A DNA stretch of 64,000 bases. It comes from Eledone cirrhosa (taxonomy: Eukaryota). Positions 25,979 to 40,059 of the stretch are shown here, one piece after another (position 1 is the stretch's first letter; each line of letters starts with the position of its first letter). The stretch is from NCBI GenBank assembly GCA_964016885.1, contig OZ024741.1, forward strand, positions 98,022,001-98,086,000, in the 5' to 3' direction. The notes under the pieces are model-generated. The model was given only the letters and a program-made list of their open reading frames with translations. It had not been told where the DNA came from and did no database searches. The position numbers and the translations under genes are program-made.

Positions 25979-26691
25979 TCATTATTGTTAGCAGCAGCAA
26001 CAGCAGTAGTAGTAGTAGTAGTATTCGTTGTTGTTGGCGTTGTGTACAACAAACCAAATCGTTATTTCAGTGTTTATCATAAGAGATATCATATGAGTAA
26101 GCAGAATATCAGTCATACTTGCTTGGCGCCATTCCGTCTTGCAGCATGTCATGTAATATGTTTCTTGTTTGTCTCTCGAAGAAAAGTTTTATTGCCGTCT
26201 AATCTCAGGTTCTCTGGTGTTTACATTTTATTTTGTAATAGTGGTGGCGGTATTGGCTTTACGGGTATCATTAACGATCATGCAGATAATGATGATTAGA
26301 ATTGAATATGCTGGTGATGAAGATACGATATGTACCAAGCGATATATTATATTCAGCCTGTTTTGAATAAACCCCACCTTATAATCCAAACATTTATCTC
26401 CCCTTCCACTACCAAAGAAAATATAATACATGACACCTTACCAAATATTTCCATAATTACACAGAAAAATGTTAGAAGTTACTGTTGAACCATTGGGCCT
26501 GTTCATAAAGACCAATGATTAAAAGGATTCTAGCTTTTTCGATTTTATCCCTTTGTATATCGATTGGACAATATGTTCCATTGGGTCTTTCTTTAAGAGG
26601 TTAGTCTAAGTTTTGATAAATGTTCAGCTACTATTTCTAGTAGGCCGCGCTTTTTAGTTAGAGTCTTCTGACTGGCTGGTGATTATTAAAA

Positions 26692-27085
26692 TAATTGTTT
26701 GTACTTTTGGCACAAGGCCAGCAATTATCCCAGTACATTACTGGTACTTTATTTTATCGACCGTAAGGATGAAAGGTAAAGTTAACCTCTATGGGATTTG
26801 AAGTCAGACCGTAGAGGGGCATAACTATGCTGGAAAGCATGGCGTCCGACCCTCTACCGATACTGCCAATCCACCGTATGGTTTCTGATTTAGGCACAAG
26901 GCCAACAATTTTGGGGAGGGGAAAGTCGATTAGATCGACCCCAGGGCGCTACTGGTACTTTATTTTATCGACCCTGTGAGGATGAAAGGCAAAGCTAACC
27001 TCGTCGGAATTTGAACTCAGAATGTAAAGAACCGTAACTTTATGCCGCAAAGCATGTCGGACTGTCTACAGACACGGCTAATCCA
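26692..27085 (-). mobile_element. Two tandem SINEs (short and long variant)
   Basis: Reverse complements of the SINE consensus at ~26692-26877 and ~26879-27085. Confidence 0.85.
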
Positions 27086-29901
27086 AATAATATACTGTTG
27101 TGTTAATCGACAAATTACGATGATGGTAGTTAACATAAACCTCCAGCAAACAGATATTCATACTGTCTGATTTACTATTGGGATATATTTACCTTATTGA
27201 CATATGGCAATTGCTGCCTTAGTGGTCCTCATTGTTGTAGTTCTTTAGCCCGAGATAAACTGATCCAGGAGAACTAAATTAAAATCACTTTTAGCTGTGG
27301 CCACCACGTGATCTTTAAATAGCGTAGTGTAACTAAAACAATATTGTCTTCCTTTTCCTTCATTTTAGAGGACAGAGTGTGATTTGAGAAAGATGTAACA
27401 ACTATTTCTTTCTGATCAAGTGACGAATTAAAGACTACTTTCTTGGAACGGAGTATAACTCTGATTTGAATGTTCAAAATGTGTGATAGCAGAGATATTC
27501 GAATGAGCCTCCTAATAGTTTGAATGACTACACAGAAGCTTCCCACATTGACGTGTGTCATATCATGTAATCTCAAGAGATATTAACGTTCAATGAACTG
27601 GCTCATTTCTCTTAAAGCTCCATAACATTGCGAACAACCACTGGCGACTAATTTGAGTAACACATTGTGCTTGACAGGAAAATATCCGAGGAGAAAACAA
27701 ATGTGGCTTCCCGTTGCTTTTTATTATTTACAAGACACTATCTTTTCGATTAAATACAAGACGACTTCGCCATTACTGCCAGGGCACTTAACACATAAAG
27801 AGCCGGAACATATACAGAAAACCACTATTTCCAAAGCTTTAATAAATATGTTAACCAACGACCCCCTACCTACTACATCGTATTAATACTTGTTTGAGAC
27901 CATTTAATTTCTCTTACATTGCTAATGTTACATTGAAAATCATATCATCTGAATGCTACATTTCACCACTTAACTTCTAAAACTATTATTTGTGTTAAAA
28001 AAATATAAAGCAAAATAATTTGACACGTTATGAAGGAGTTAGTTTTCACTCGTAATTTGTAGTATTTCTTTATCTTAATTCTATTTATATTTTTTTTAAA
28101 TCTAATATCAGATTTGTATATTTCATTATGCATATTTTGTTCCATTCCCTGTTCAATATCGATATTAAGTCTTGATAACCAGGAGATCTAGAGAATAGTG
28201 TACGGATGGATTTCATCTTCGTAATCATTTATGATCCGTCGTCCAGGATTCTTAATTTGAATTGATTTTTAAACTCTCAAAGTTGACATTGTGTTTTATC
28301 TTTTCGGGATGCATGAATGTAAGTATCAGTTTTTCATGTTATAGGAGGATTATTTCATCCATACGCTCCAGGCATGGCTATCACTTATTTTCTGTGTGTG
28401 CATCAAAGATTACAATATAACCTTGTCCTCCCAAATTTAAGGTGTGAAATTAAGAAGATTTTGGCTGCTATTTATAGAAGATCAAGTGATCGCTTGGAGC
28501 ATTAACTTTCTGCCTCAAACCAGTGATATATTATAGTTGATTTAATTAACTATAAACACGTATCTTGAAAATGATTGTATTTTTCGAGTCTAATGATGCT
28601 AGCAGTTTATTTATTTATTCAGTTTCTTAGTTTGTCGGCTAGTTAGTCAGTCAGTTAATTTGTTAGTTACTGCATGCAGTCTAACTTACATTGAACAGAT
28701 AAGCTAGTGAAGCGGCTAAATACCTAAGATGTGACGAAATATATTGTCCATGTCACATTTCTGTGGAAAGTGTATAGAATTTAACTCATTTATTTGTTAC
28801 ACAATCGATGTTACACGTGTCGATGGTATCTGTTATGTAACAGTTATAAAACCGTTACCAAAGAAATGCGTATAAGAGCGAATGTTTAATAAATGATAGT
28901 CTCTTGAATAGACTCCACAACAGGATTTGTTCTTGAATGCCTTTAGTATCAGAAGCGTAAATGTAAATCAACTGTGGCCGGATTTCAAATACCGAGCCCA
29001 CTTAATGTTGTATTTTATTGTCTATCACATCATTAACTATAATATTAATATAGGCCTAACCCTGAGGAGGGCATATTTTACAAGTCCTGGAAGGATGAAA
29101 GCGCTGTTCGAACTTAGCAGGATTGGAACAGAGAAACAAAGGGGACCTTACGTAATACTTCAAGGAATGTATACTGTTCGACTCCTCCCAACCCAGTGCT
29201 ATCAGCAACTCATAAAATATTACACATTAGAGGTTCGTATAAATGTAAAATATTATGCATCACGTGACATTTAATCTTTGGTAGCAGAATCCATTAAACG
29301 AACAAGCTACACCATGTCGTAATTTGATCCCGACACATGACATTATGCTGCGCAATATATTTCATATAATATCTAATCTTCTGAAACCTCTGGAATTCTA
29401 TAATGCCCCCAGAAATTGGGATTTGTTAACGTGACAAAAAATGAAAATTCTTTATTCTCAGATCTATTTAACTGTATCATATTGATCTTCCTGACTTCTG
29501 GTTGTATTTTCAATTAGGTATGGAAAATAATTGCATTTGCTTTGCATACGTGAAATAGAAAAAAAATTATAGATATACTATTAAATACAGTTAGAAAAAA
29601 AAAGAGAGAGGAGATTAACAGACTAATAGACAAAATGATAGAGTGTAATATATATATGTTTATATATATGTGTGTGTGTGTAAAGGGGTTTGTCGAAGTC
29701 ACATTTGCAGGTTGGCAACACGAGTGGATTCTTCTCTGATGGCCCTACCAGCAGTCAATGATACACGAAATGAAATCATTTTTTCAGTGTGGCGATTTAT
29801 TATTCGATCTTGAGAGAACAGCGACCAAATAGCACAGAAAGATGTATGCATTTCATACAGAAAATGAAAAAAACATATACATACATACAAACAAACAAAC
29901 T

Positions 29902-30008
<107 letters not shown>

Positions 30009-30133
30009 GTCAGTGTTGGTTGATCCAAGCAATCGACCAACTATGGTGTAATTAGGCTGGAGTATATATATATATATTGGTAAAAGGAAAAGAAAATGCT
30101 GACAAATTGTTCCCAGTGAAAAATAGTTTAATA

Positions 30134-30190
<57 letters not shown>

Positions 30191-30192
<2 letters not shown>

Positions 30193-30387
30193 CGAAGGAG
30201 GTGTGGTAAGGAACCAGATGGACCACTAACGCACCAGAGTACTCAATACTTAGTTAGGGTAGTAGAGTGGGTAATAGGAAAATGTTTGACCCCGACGGCA
30301 GAGCTCAAGACGTTTCGACGGGTATTTCTGGACACTGAAATAGCCGTCGAAACGGCGTGAGCTCTGCCGTCGGGGTTAGACATTTTC
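30191..30387 (+). mobile_element. ~195-bp (TA)n-associated element with a terminal ~110-nt hairpin
   Basis: Starts aacgaaggaggtgtggtaagg; 30278-30387 folds back on itself; homologous to 32160-32335 and 48176-48371. Confidence 0.75.
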
Positions 30388-30417
30388 ATACATACATATA
30401 TATGTATATATATATAT

Positions 30418-30449
<32 letters not shown>

Positions 30450-30803
30450 TTTACGTCCGCTTCTCCCTGCTTGCAAGGGTGGGACGTGTGTGTGTATGTG
30501 TGTATATGTGAGTGTGTGTGTGTATGTACACATAAAGTAGAGGAAATGTTGACAGTAGTTTAAACACAATGAGAGATGGATAGTTTGATAACTAGAATGA
30601 TAGAGTAATAGCAAGATCTGGTGAAATACTGGCATACAGCATTTGATTAATTAAAGAATTTGGATACCTGCCTGTATGTTTAGGAGTGGGAAATTATGAG
30701 AGAACATATCTCTATATACCATGAATTATGCATGTGGGTGTGTCTCTGTGTGTATGCCTTAATGCCTGTGTGAGAAAGAAAATGTATGTAGTTGGGTTCA
30801 TGC

Positions 30804-30929
<126 letters not shown>

Positions 30930-31965
30930 GTGTGTACTGACCACTATGCATATATGACCTGCTAATCTAATTCAAACAAATAGCTGTACGACCATCGTAT
31001 AATATTTATACAACCGAGTGACCTTTGTTGCCACCTCAACAAACACGCTGTCTCTCATAAACCTCATTCTGTTTTCTTGCACGCGACAAGCCCCCTCCTC
31101 TTTAATATCTTCCTCCAAAACGCCTGCATACAACCCTACTGCCATATTTTAACCCCTCTTTCATTATCATTGCTGACAACTCTCAACCACCATTAACATG
31201 TTCTTCCTTCTCAACCCTCCTTTATCTCTCTTTCACATTTCCCCCTCGGCCGTCGTTTCCATAAGAATCCATTCTGATATGAACTTCGTTAAGTCAGACT
31301 TAAGCTGACCAGATGACAGTCCAGTTAATCTCATCAAAATCGACGGACACAACAGTCTCTGTTGGGTTTGGAAGCCCTGTTGAACCCACCGTTCTCGCCT
31401 GCCATACGCAGCTGACGTACAGCGATGTCATCACATGTTGGTGCACACTTACACATCACTTGACCGATGCTTTATTATATCTTAGAATTATTGCAGCAGC
31501 CGGACACCAACTTCTTGCACTTTTTTTTTCATTTTAGTGATCTATATCCCACAACCACACACCCCAACACACTTCAAGATTGCACATGAATATGCATGCA
31601 TGTATATATAAATGTATGTATGTATGTATGTATGTATGTATGTATGTATGTATGTATGTATGTATGTATGTATGTATGTATGAATGTATGTATGTATGTA
31701 TGTATGTATATATGAATGTACGTATATATATATATGTATGCGTGCATGTATTTATGTATGTGTTTGCATGTATATATATTTGTATGTATTTGTAGGAATA
31801 TGTATATACGAATATATGTGATTGCGCGTGTATAATAAGCTTGAGTGCATGGCTATAGTTCATTTTTAAAAACGTGTACATCAATATATATCAACATTAA
31901 TTTCAGTATTATGCATTTACACACACATACACAGAGAGAGAGACTCACACACGCGCGCACACTCA

Positions 31966-32005
<40 letters not shown>

Positions 32006-32035
32006 TATATATATATTTATATATATATATATATA

Positions 32036-32134
32036 TAGGATGTCCCAAAAAATGTATACACACGTTGATTACCTGTACAGGCGATATTTATCAGAATGCT
32101 GTTCAAGTGTATATACCTGTTGGGGACACCTTGT
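32036..32134. mobile_element. Small Tc1/mariner-type MITE remnant in (TA)n
   Basis: Imperfect TIRs taggatgtcccaaaaaatgtatacac and gtgtatatacctgttggggacaccttgta, flanked by TA. Confidence 0.5.
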
Positions 32135-32159
32135 ATATATATATATATATATATAAAAC

Positions 32160-32335
32160 GAGTCTGGACCCCGATGGTTGAGCTTCGGCCATTTCGACAG
32201 CTAGATCGGAAATGCCCGGATTTCAACCATCGGGGTACTGACCCTTCTCCTATTACCCACTCTAGCACTCTAAGTATCGAGTACCCTGCCTGGTGCTTTA
32301 CGGTCCATCTGGTATCTTACCACACCTTCTTTGTT
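32160..32335 (-). mobile_element. Second copy of the hairpin-ended (TA)n-associated element
   Basis: accccgatggttga...tcaaccatcggggt hairpin followed by tattacccactcta...cttaccacaccttctttgtt. Confidence 0.7.
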
Positions 32336-32378
32336 GTGTATATATATATATACATATATATATACATATATACATATA

Positions 32379-32486
<108 letters not shown>

Positions 32487-32710
32487 AGAGAGAGAGAGAA
32501 AGAAGAAAAAAAGATGAAATCGAAAATGCAACTGGAGTCTTATTTTTAAAAAAAATATATATATTTTTATTTGGTTCCTTTATATATATATATCATTTTT
32601 TTTTTTTAAATAAGACTCCAGTTGCATTTTCGATTTCACCTCTTTTTCATTATACTTTCACTATTGTAGGACACCTCAGTTATTTTTCATTTTGTAAAAA
32701 AAAACGTCAC

Positions 32711-32772
<62 letters not shown>

Positions 32773-32899
32773 ACAGGGAGAAAGAGACGATTATGAGGAA
32801 GAAAAATATATTTTGTCCCTTTTTTGTTTCTCTCTCTCTTTTTTCTGGGTTAGAAAATGATTAAAACGAAATGTTTTACTTTGTGTGAAGTGTTAAGGT

Positions 32900-35800
32900 A
32901 TTAGTTGATTTATTTATTATTTAACAATGGCATTTATTTATCTATTTATATATTTAATTATTGTCTATTACCGGTTTCAGCATTTATATGCATTATCAAG
33001 TGGTGTCGCGCATGTTAAAAAGGAGGTGCAGAAAGAATAATGTTATATACAAACAAGGTTTAAGAAGTGAAAAGAAAAAAGAAAAAGGAAAAAAAAAGTG
33101 CATAATGTGGAACGTAAAAAGTCAATGTGGAAGAAAAAATAATGTTATTTACAAGCACAGTCATTTAAGTTAAGCAGTTCAAAATGTGTTAATATCGCAA
33201 GAGTGCTTAGTTGAACCACGGTTCTGTGAAGGAGGTAAATGCTGGACTGTGGTTTGATATGATTTCCCTTTTTAGAGTGTTAATATGCAGGGGGAAGCAA
33301 TTCTTGCTGGGTGATATTTAATTTATTTGAGAAAAAGGATTAGAGGGAGGTAACTCTTGTAAATGTTTGATGGTTTGTTGCAGTTTTAGATTGGTCTTAT
33401 TTTTAGGGCATTCAGTAGTGGTTGAAATTTATTAATGAAATGTGTTTCCTTATTGGTACGTTGGATGAAAGTAGCGTGATCTATGAATTTGTAAATGGGG
33501 AAAATTTTAAAGTTTGGATGTTGGTTGAGAGCACAATTGGCGATATGTTCACTAAATGCAATCTTTCTGTATTCCTCTATTTTAATTTGTGATTTATGGA
33601 CGGTCTTACGTTGACGGAGGCTGTTTTTTGTCTGTCCTATGTAGTGCTCTTGACAACCTGAGCATGTCAAAACATAGATAAGGTTTTCAGATGCACATGT
33701 AAAGTTGTGTTTAACTGTGAAAAGTTGTCCTTGTTTAAAATGGAATGTTGAATCTTCTATTAGATTTATGCATATGCCACAGTTGGGCCTTCCGCATTTT
33801 GTTACTGTAGTGTTCATTGTGAGGGTTTGTTGGATTTTGGCTTGTGTGAGGATGTTTTTTTATGGATTTGGGTTGTCTTTTGCTCTTTATGATGTTGTGT
33901 GTTTAGAGCATATTGTCCATTCTTGTGTCTCTTTTTAGTAAAGGAATGTTCTGGAGGATGGTGTCGAATGCCGCATTGTTGAGGGGGTTGTGTGTGGAGA
34001 TGTATGGTAGAGTTATTTGTTGCGGTTCACTCCTGGGTTTGGGGTGTCTGAGTTCCTGGGTGTCTAGTTTTAGGGCACGTTGGAATCCATTGGTGATTAG
34101 GGATGGTGGGTAGTTTCTGCTGATAAGTGTGTTTTTTTAATTCTTCTAGTCGTGTGTAGCATATGTATTTATCTGAAACTATTGTGCAGATCCTTCGAGC
34201 TAGGTTATAAGGAATTGCCATTTTGGTGTGTCTAGGGTGGCACGAGTAGAATGGAAGGTATATTTTGGAGTCTGTGTGTTTGTAGTATATGTCTGTTTCT
34301 ATGTTGTTGCTTGTTTTCTTGATGAGGATGTCGAGGAAAGGGAGTTGTTCATGGCTGCAATCCATTGTGAATTGTAAGTTAGTGTTCAGCTCATTCAGAG
34401 GGGTTTTGAACTCAAACAGTCTTTCTATAATTTCATGCCAGAGGATGAAGCAGTCGTCCAGATATCTCTTCCAGTTCTTTTCTATGTGTTGGTAGAAGTG
34501 GTTGCCGTATTTGTCTAGAACTTTGCGGTAGAGAATGGTTTCCAAATATCCCATGAAAAGGTTGGTGTATGAGGGGGCCACTTTCGTGCCCATGGCAGTC
34601 TCAGATTTCTGTCTGTAGTATTTGGCATTGAATTCGAAGAAATTGTTTTTCAAGATGAATTTGAGTCCCTCCAACACAAATTCTTTAGGGATGCGCTGTG
34701 GAAGTTCACTAGGGAAATTTTCCATTCAGAACTGTATTGCCTCTATACCTAGGTTGTGTGGGATATTGGAATATAAATTGATGACATCAATGGTTACTAG
34801 TAGGGTATGTTCGTTATTGAGCGTTGTTGGGAGGTGGTTAAGCATGTCAAGGTCGTCCCTTATGAAGCTTTTTATATGTTTTAGGAAAGGTTTAAGCAGA
34901 ATATCTAGGAAGTTGCTTAGGCGGTGGGTTTCACATGTGGTGCCTGCTATTATGGGTCTTAATGTAAGGTCATCAGGAGGGGCTATATTGATGTAAATGT
35001 CTGTGGCTTGCTTGCAGGCCCTGCCTATTACTTCGCTTTTGTGTGTCTTGGGGATACCGTAGAAGAGGCTGGTTCTACCTTTGAAATTGGTGATGTAGTT
35101 GTATTCATTGTCAGTAAGGCCTTCTTTGTAAATGGTTGTTAGGGATTTTAGGTTTCTCATTATTTTCTGTTGTGTGTAGTGTTGGGCCTTTTCATAATAT
35201 GTTTGGTTTTCTAGAGTTGAGAGTACTAGAGTTGTGTAATAATCTGTCTCCATAAGGACTACTGCACTCCCTTTATCTGCCTCTTTGGTTGTTAGGGTTT
35301 TGTCGTTTTTTAGACTGTTAAGACCATCCCATTCTTTTTTGCTTAGGTTTGGTTTTTGTTTATGTCTGTCTAGGTGGTGGTATGGGTAATAAAGTAACGT
35401 GTTCGCAGAATTGAACGATGAATTTATTCTTGCCTTTTGGTGGCGTGTAGTTGCTTCTATTTCTGGCTATTGAGTCATCCTCATTGTATTTGTTGTATAG
35501 TTGTTCGCTGAGTCTTAGTTTTCTACAGAATTCTGCAATATCTTCCTTCATTTCGGGGTAGTTTGATTGTTGGGGAGTTGGTGTAAATTTTAGACCTTTA
35601 GAGAGTATGTTGATTTGGTCTGTTGTTAATTCTTTGGAGGTTAAATTGACAATTTTTTTTGCATTTTGTGTCTCCTGTGTGTTTTGTGTTATTTTGTAAT
35701 CTTGGGTCTGTGTGCTGTGTCTAAAAAATGATTACGGAAGTTGTGATGGCTGTTGAAGTTTGGGTGTCTCTTATAGTTGTATTGGTTCCTGCTGTTGTTG

Positions 35801-36655
35801 TAAGATGGTGTGTAGCTGTGATGGTTGTTGAGTGTAGGTTGTATCGTATGGTTGTATTGAGCCCTGGTGATGTTGTTGTAGGGTGTGTAGATTTGATGGA
35901 CGTGGTTATAGGGTGTGAAATTGTGGTGGTTTCTGAAGTTGGGTTGTATCGTGTGGTTGTGTTGAGCACTGCTGTTGTTGTAGGGTGTGTAGACTTGGTT
36001 ATAATTGTAGTAGGCTTGTCTTGTGTGTTCATATTGAGTCCTGTTGTTGCTGTTATATGGTGTGTAGCTATGGTGGTTGTAGTGCTTAGGGTGTCTGGTG
36101 TGGTTGTATTGTCCCCTGCTGGTGTTGTTGTAGTAGGGTGTGGTTAGTGGGGGAGAGTAGATTAGGGTTTCCTTATAGCTGGTGAGTGGTTGTGAGGCCC
36201 TGTGTGACATGTGTGGTAGTTGTATATTTTGGTTTCTATTGGAAGTAATGATGGTTGTGGGTTTGTTGTGTGGGGATGTTAGGAGGGTTGTAAGGGTGGG
36301 GGGTTTATGGTTTCTCCTGGTGGGAGAGAAGTTGTAGTGTCTATCTTGTAGCTGATGTTTCTCTATTACTATATTTGTTGCTTGGGAGTCCGTATGGTAG
36401 TTGTGTGGAGGATGTAGGAGGTTGGGGCAAGGTGAAGCCTTCTTTTGTTGATATGTGGGGAGGTATTGTTTTTTTGTTGTTGTTGGTTGTTGTGTGTTGT
36501 TTGGGTGTTGATTGAGTTTTCTTGTTATTATGGTTTTAATGAAGGGATTCTTGGATGTGTGTTCTTTTTGGAAAAGTGTTTCATAGTTAGAGAACCAGGT
36601 TTCGTTTATTTCCCAGCGTTGATGGGATTTTAATTCTTCCTTATTACAAATGTTT
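32900..36655 (-). mobile_element. Second Penelope-like retroelement (different family, Neptune-like Cys linker), frameshifted, 5' pLTR not seen
   Basis: ADKGSAVVLM, FYGIPKTHK, LRPIIAG, TIDVINLYSNIP, TAMGTKVAPSYTNLFMG, WKRYLDDCF, LPFLD, YYKHTD, HPRHTKMAIPY; CGRPNCGIC linker; LIYVLTC...YIGQT GIY-YIG (ORF ends 33386). Confidence 0.9.
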
Positions 36656-36659
36656 GACA

Positions 36660-38200
36660 TTGCAAGCCAGGACGTTCTCGAAGGAAAGAGTGTCCCATTT
36701 GAAAGAGAATAAACTTTCCTTGTGAAACAGTGGGATGATCGAGTATATTCATTCGTGGCTAGTATAGATGCAGAAAATGTGAGAGCCATTCAGAAGAAGG
36801 CACCAGTATTCACGATATGAAACTAAGAAAGAGGAAGCACGATGAAGAATTTAAGATGTCCAAGAAAGTAACACTTGAAAGTTCGTCATCCAGTTCAAGT
36901 ATTATTCAAGTCAGCCTCACCCCCAAATCACTGCAAATAAAGCCGACTCTCGACGGCACACTTGTCACGTAGTAACGGGAGAAATTATCGGTACGACAAG
37001 TAATTTTTACATCGCAGTTACGAAGTCTTGGTCAGGATGTGTCTGAACTCTCGATTCTCCCCTCAACTCTTTATCGAACAAGAACCAGTCACTGTGAGAA
37101 GATAGCTTAAAAAATCGCGTTATCGGCTTTCTCACCTGAAGATAGAGCCTGCCGAATCCTCTACTGGGATCGAGAACTATTACCATTGGCTTCCCAACCT
37201 CTTGGGTGTTCAAGTAGCTGAAGTCGTTTCGAAGGAAATTAAACGACTCAAAATAGAGGATAGAATAATTGGTATATCTTACCACACCAACGCCAGAAAC
37301 ACCGGCAAGCACCAAGGTGCCAATTGGAGTAGTGTTGAAAAGATGAATTAGTGTGGCTAGATTACCGTCTTCACATTCTTTAACTGGTTTTGAAGAAAGT
37401 CTTCGAAACCTTTTCCCACCATCTGGTCCCGGTGTTCCATTGTTCAAAATGTGCCAAGAATGTTGGGTCTCCATTGATAAGTCGTATTATCAAACTATCC
37501 TGGACGATGACGATCCCAGCGAAGATTTTTACAAGCCAAAAAGAGAGGATAAGGTTGAATATCTACTGATTGTACTGCTTTCTGGAGATCATTCCCGAGA
37601 AGAATATATCCAGTTCATAAAGATCTCCCCTCTCTATATAGCTGGTTAGTAGTCATCTCATCAGTCTTCCTTCTCGGTCTCAGTGCTTACCAACAAGGTC
37701 GCTGGATGACTAAAGCCATATATTAAATCAAGATAGTTCTGTTTAAATAACAACTTAAGCTTACGCCACTTGAGTCGAGAGATCTACAAAATATCGCATT
37801 GTAAAATCAGTGTAATATAACATTCTGGAACGAATTCATGGTTTCCAGATAATCTTCAAATAATGATCTCGATTTGATGAAGGTGTTACACATGTAGCCT
37901 GACCAATAGATTGGAACTGGGGTAGAGGCAGTGTCATCTATGTTACTTTTCAGAAGAGTTAGGAGCGTTGGTTTTCTTTGACAAAACTCTTGGACTGGAA
38001 CAGAAGGGAAAATATTGCTTTCGGCCATAAAGAACTTATTGACTTTTTCCATCAGCTTGACATTGTCCTAAACAATTTGGTTGTTTGCACTGATGATGAT
38101 ATCAAATCATCTGTTAATGCTCTGGTAGTTGTGAACGACACTGCTAAGCGTTGAATTTCTCGCATAAAAAGATTTAATGGTTTCAAGAATGATGAAACTG
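36660..38200 (+). mobile_element. Degenerate DDE DNA-transposase remnant (tentatively Sola2-like)
   Basis: Scattered motifs in order: HTNARNTGKHQGA (~37280), LVWLDYRLHI, SGPGVPLFK...W, SREEY, GRWMTKAIY (~37700), LVVVNDTA(K)R (~38122); superfamily name is from recall of similar motifs and is unverified. Confidence 0.55.
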
Positions 38201-38704
38201 AGAAAGATTCCTCTAACTCTAAAATTTGTTGTGTACCAAAGGAAACAAGTCCCCTAAAGGATAAAGGGGGCCGTTTCCGGTTATATATTTAATTCATAAA
38301 AAGTGATTCTCTAATTAACCCCTATATTACTGAGTATTTAGAACATATTCATTCTGTTTGTTTTCATTTCATTTATCTGCTTATTATCATTTCAACAAGT
38401 CCCCAAATGGAGAGAGGGGACCATCTCCGGTTATAAATTCCATTCAAACAAGGTTTCTCTATTCAGCCGCAATATTATGTATTTAGAACATATTCTTCCT
38501 GTTTATTTTCATTTAATTTCCTTCTGTCGTGTGGTTTCCTCGTTGGATTCAGTAAAGTGAACAGAAAGGACAACATACCATAGGCCAGGTTCACAACATT
38601 GTCAAACAAAATGAGGTGAGAGTGTGAAATATAAGTCGATTGATCTATAATTCGGCATACTTCGCCATTTCATCAATTCAAACATGGGCGTAATGGACAC
38701 GAGT

Positions 38705-38738
<34 letters not shown>

Positions 38739-40059
38739 CATATATGATATATATATATACATACACACACACACACATATATATATATATACGAGTGTAT
38801 GTGTCTGTGTGTGCCTACATGTATTTGAGCGTGCATGCGTGTGTGTGTGACATGTGTGTGTGGTGTGTGTTTGAGAGATACATGTTTGACAGAGAAAATA
38901 TATGTATGCAGATAGTGGATGCAAATATATTGACACATTCTGCTTAACATTCCCTCACTTGTATGAGTAAGCAGATGTAAATATGCATATTCAAACGAAG
39001 CCCAACATGCATATTAAAGATACTGGATATGACATCTCTACACATTGTCTTGTACATTTTAATGGATATTTAGAGATCGACAATTGAGTTTATATATGTT
39101 TTTGTTGTGTTTGCATTTTCGCACATGATTATAACGTATATTCTTAATCGCATAATGTGTTCATTGGGAGGAAGTGAATTAAAAGTTAAACCGTATATCA
39201 AAACTGTTTTGGAGATTTGATTATTGATGATAATACCATAATTCGAAAACTTAAATACGTTAAATATGTAATAGTCAGATATATAACGACAGTTAACGAT
39301 AGTTAATGTTTCTTGAAGGTATGTCTGCATCTTCTTTTCAGTTTAATTATGAAACCATACACGCCTGTAGCTCTTTTTTTTTTGTTATTGGATTCCATCC
39401 AAATGATGAACCATGTTGTACTTCGGCTCATCATTGGACTGATCTATATGCATATCAGTTTCCGCTTTGATGCTAGTTAGCAATAGGTAAATCTAGATAA
39501 AATTATAAGCTCACATTATATCAGGCTAGCGAAAGCAACATGTCTGCAAAAACGATTCATATGGAATCAGTTGCCGTTTGGAAAGTATCTCTACAGGGTA
39601 GCTCATTCAAATAGAAATAGTAAACAAATATTTCTCAAATGCCACATTACACTTTTCAACCAATGCTAGGATACACTGATTAATATAGATGTAAAATAAT
39701 GCCTTTAAATCTTAATCTAGAATATTTCTTCTTTGCAGTCAGTCCAGCCAACTCTCATTCAAATCAAACATTACTCCCTTAAGGTAAGACAGACGCCTTC
39801 AAAAATGGAATCCATGATAGATAAATTTGACGCAATAGCTATAGTTGGAAGCAATTCGTGTTGAATTTGCTTGAAGAGGAATCAGAGGTTTGAAATACAC
39901 TAAGGATAGATTGAATTCACAAAATGTGTAGAACGCCTCAGTTTCTGACTGGAACTAGCTGGACTTCTAGATCTTCGACACCAAATTCACAATCGATAAA
40001 AAAATATTTCTTTACCCCTCCACCACATCAAGCAACTCCATAATCTGCATATTCCACAC

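Noticed and set aside
38246-38520. Diverged ~150-bp direct duplication; also a C/T-rich degenerate minisatellite at ~47190-47590
   Set aside because: Ordinary local duplications with no HHR or other motif seen
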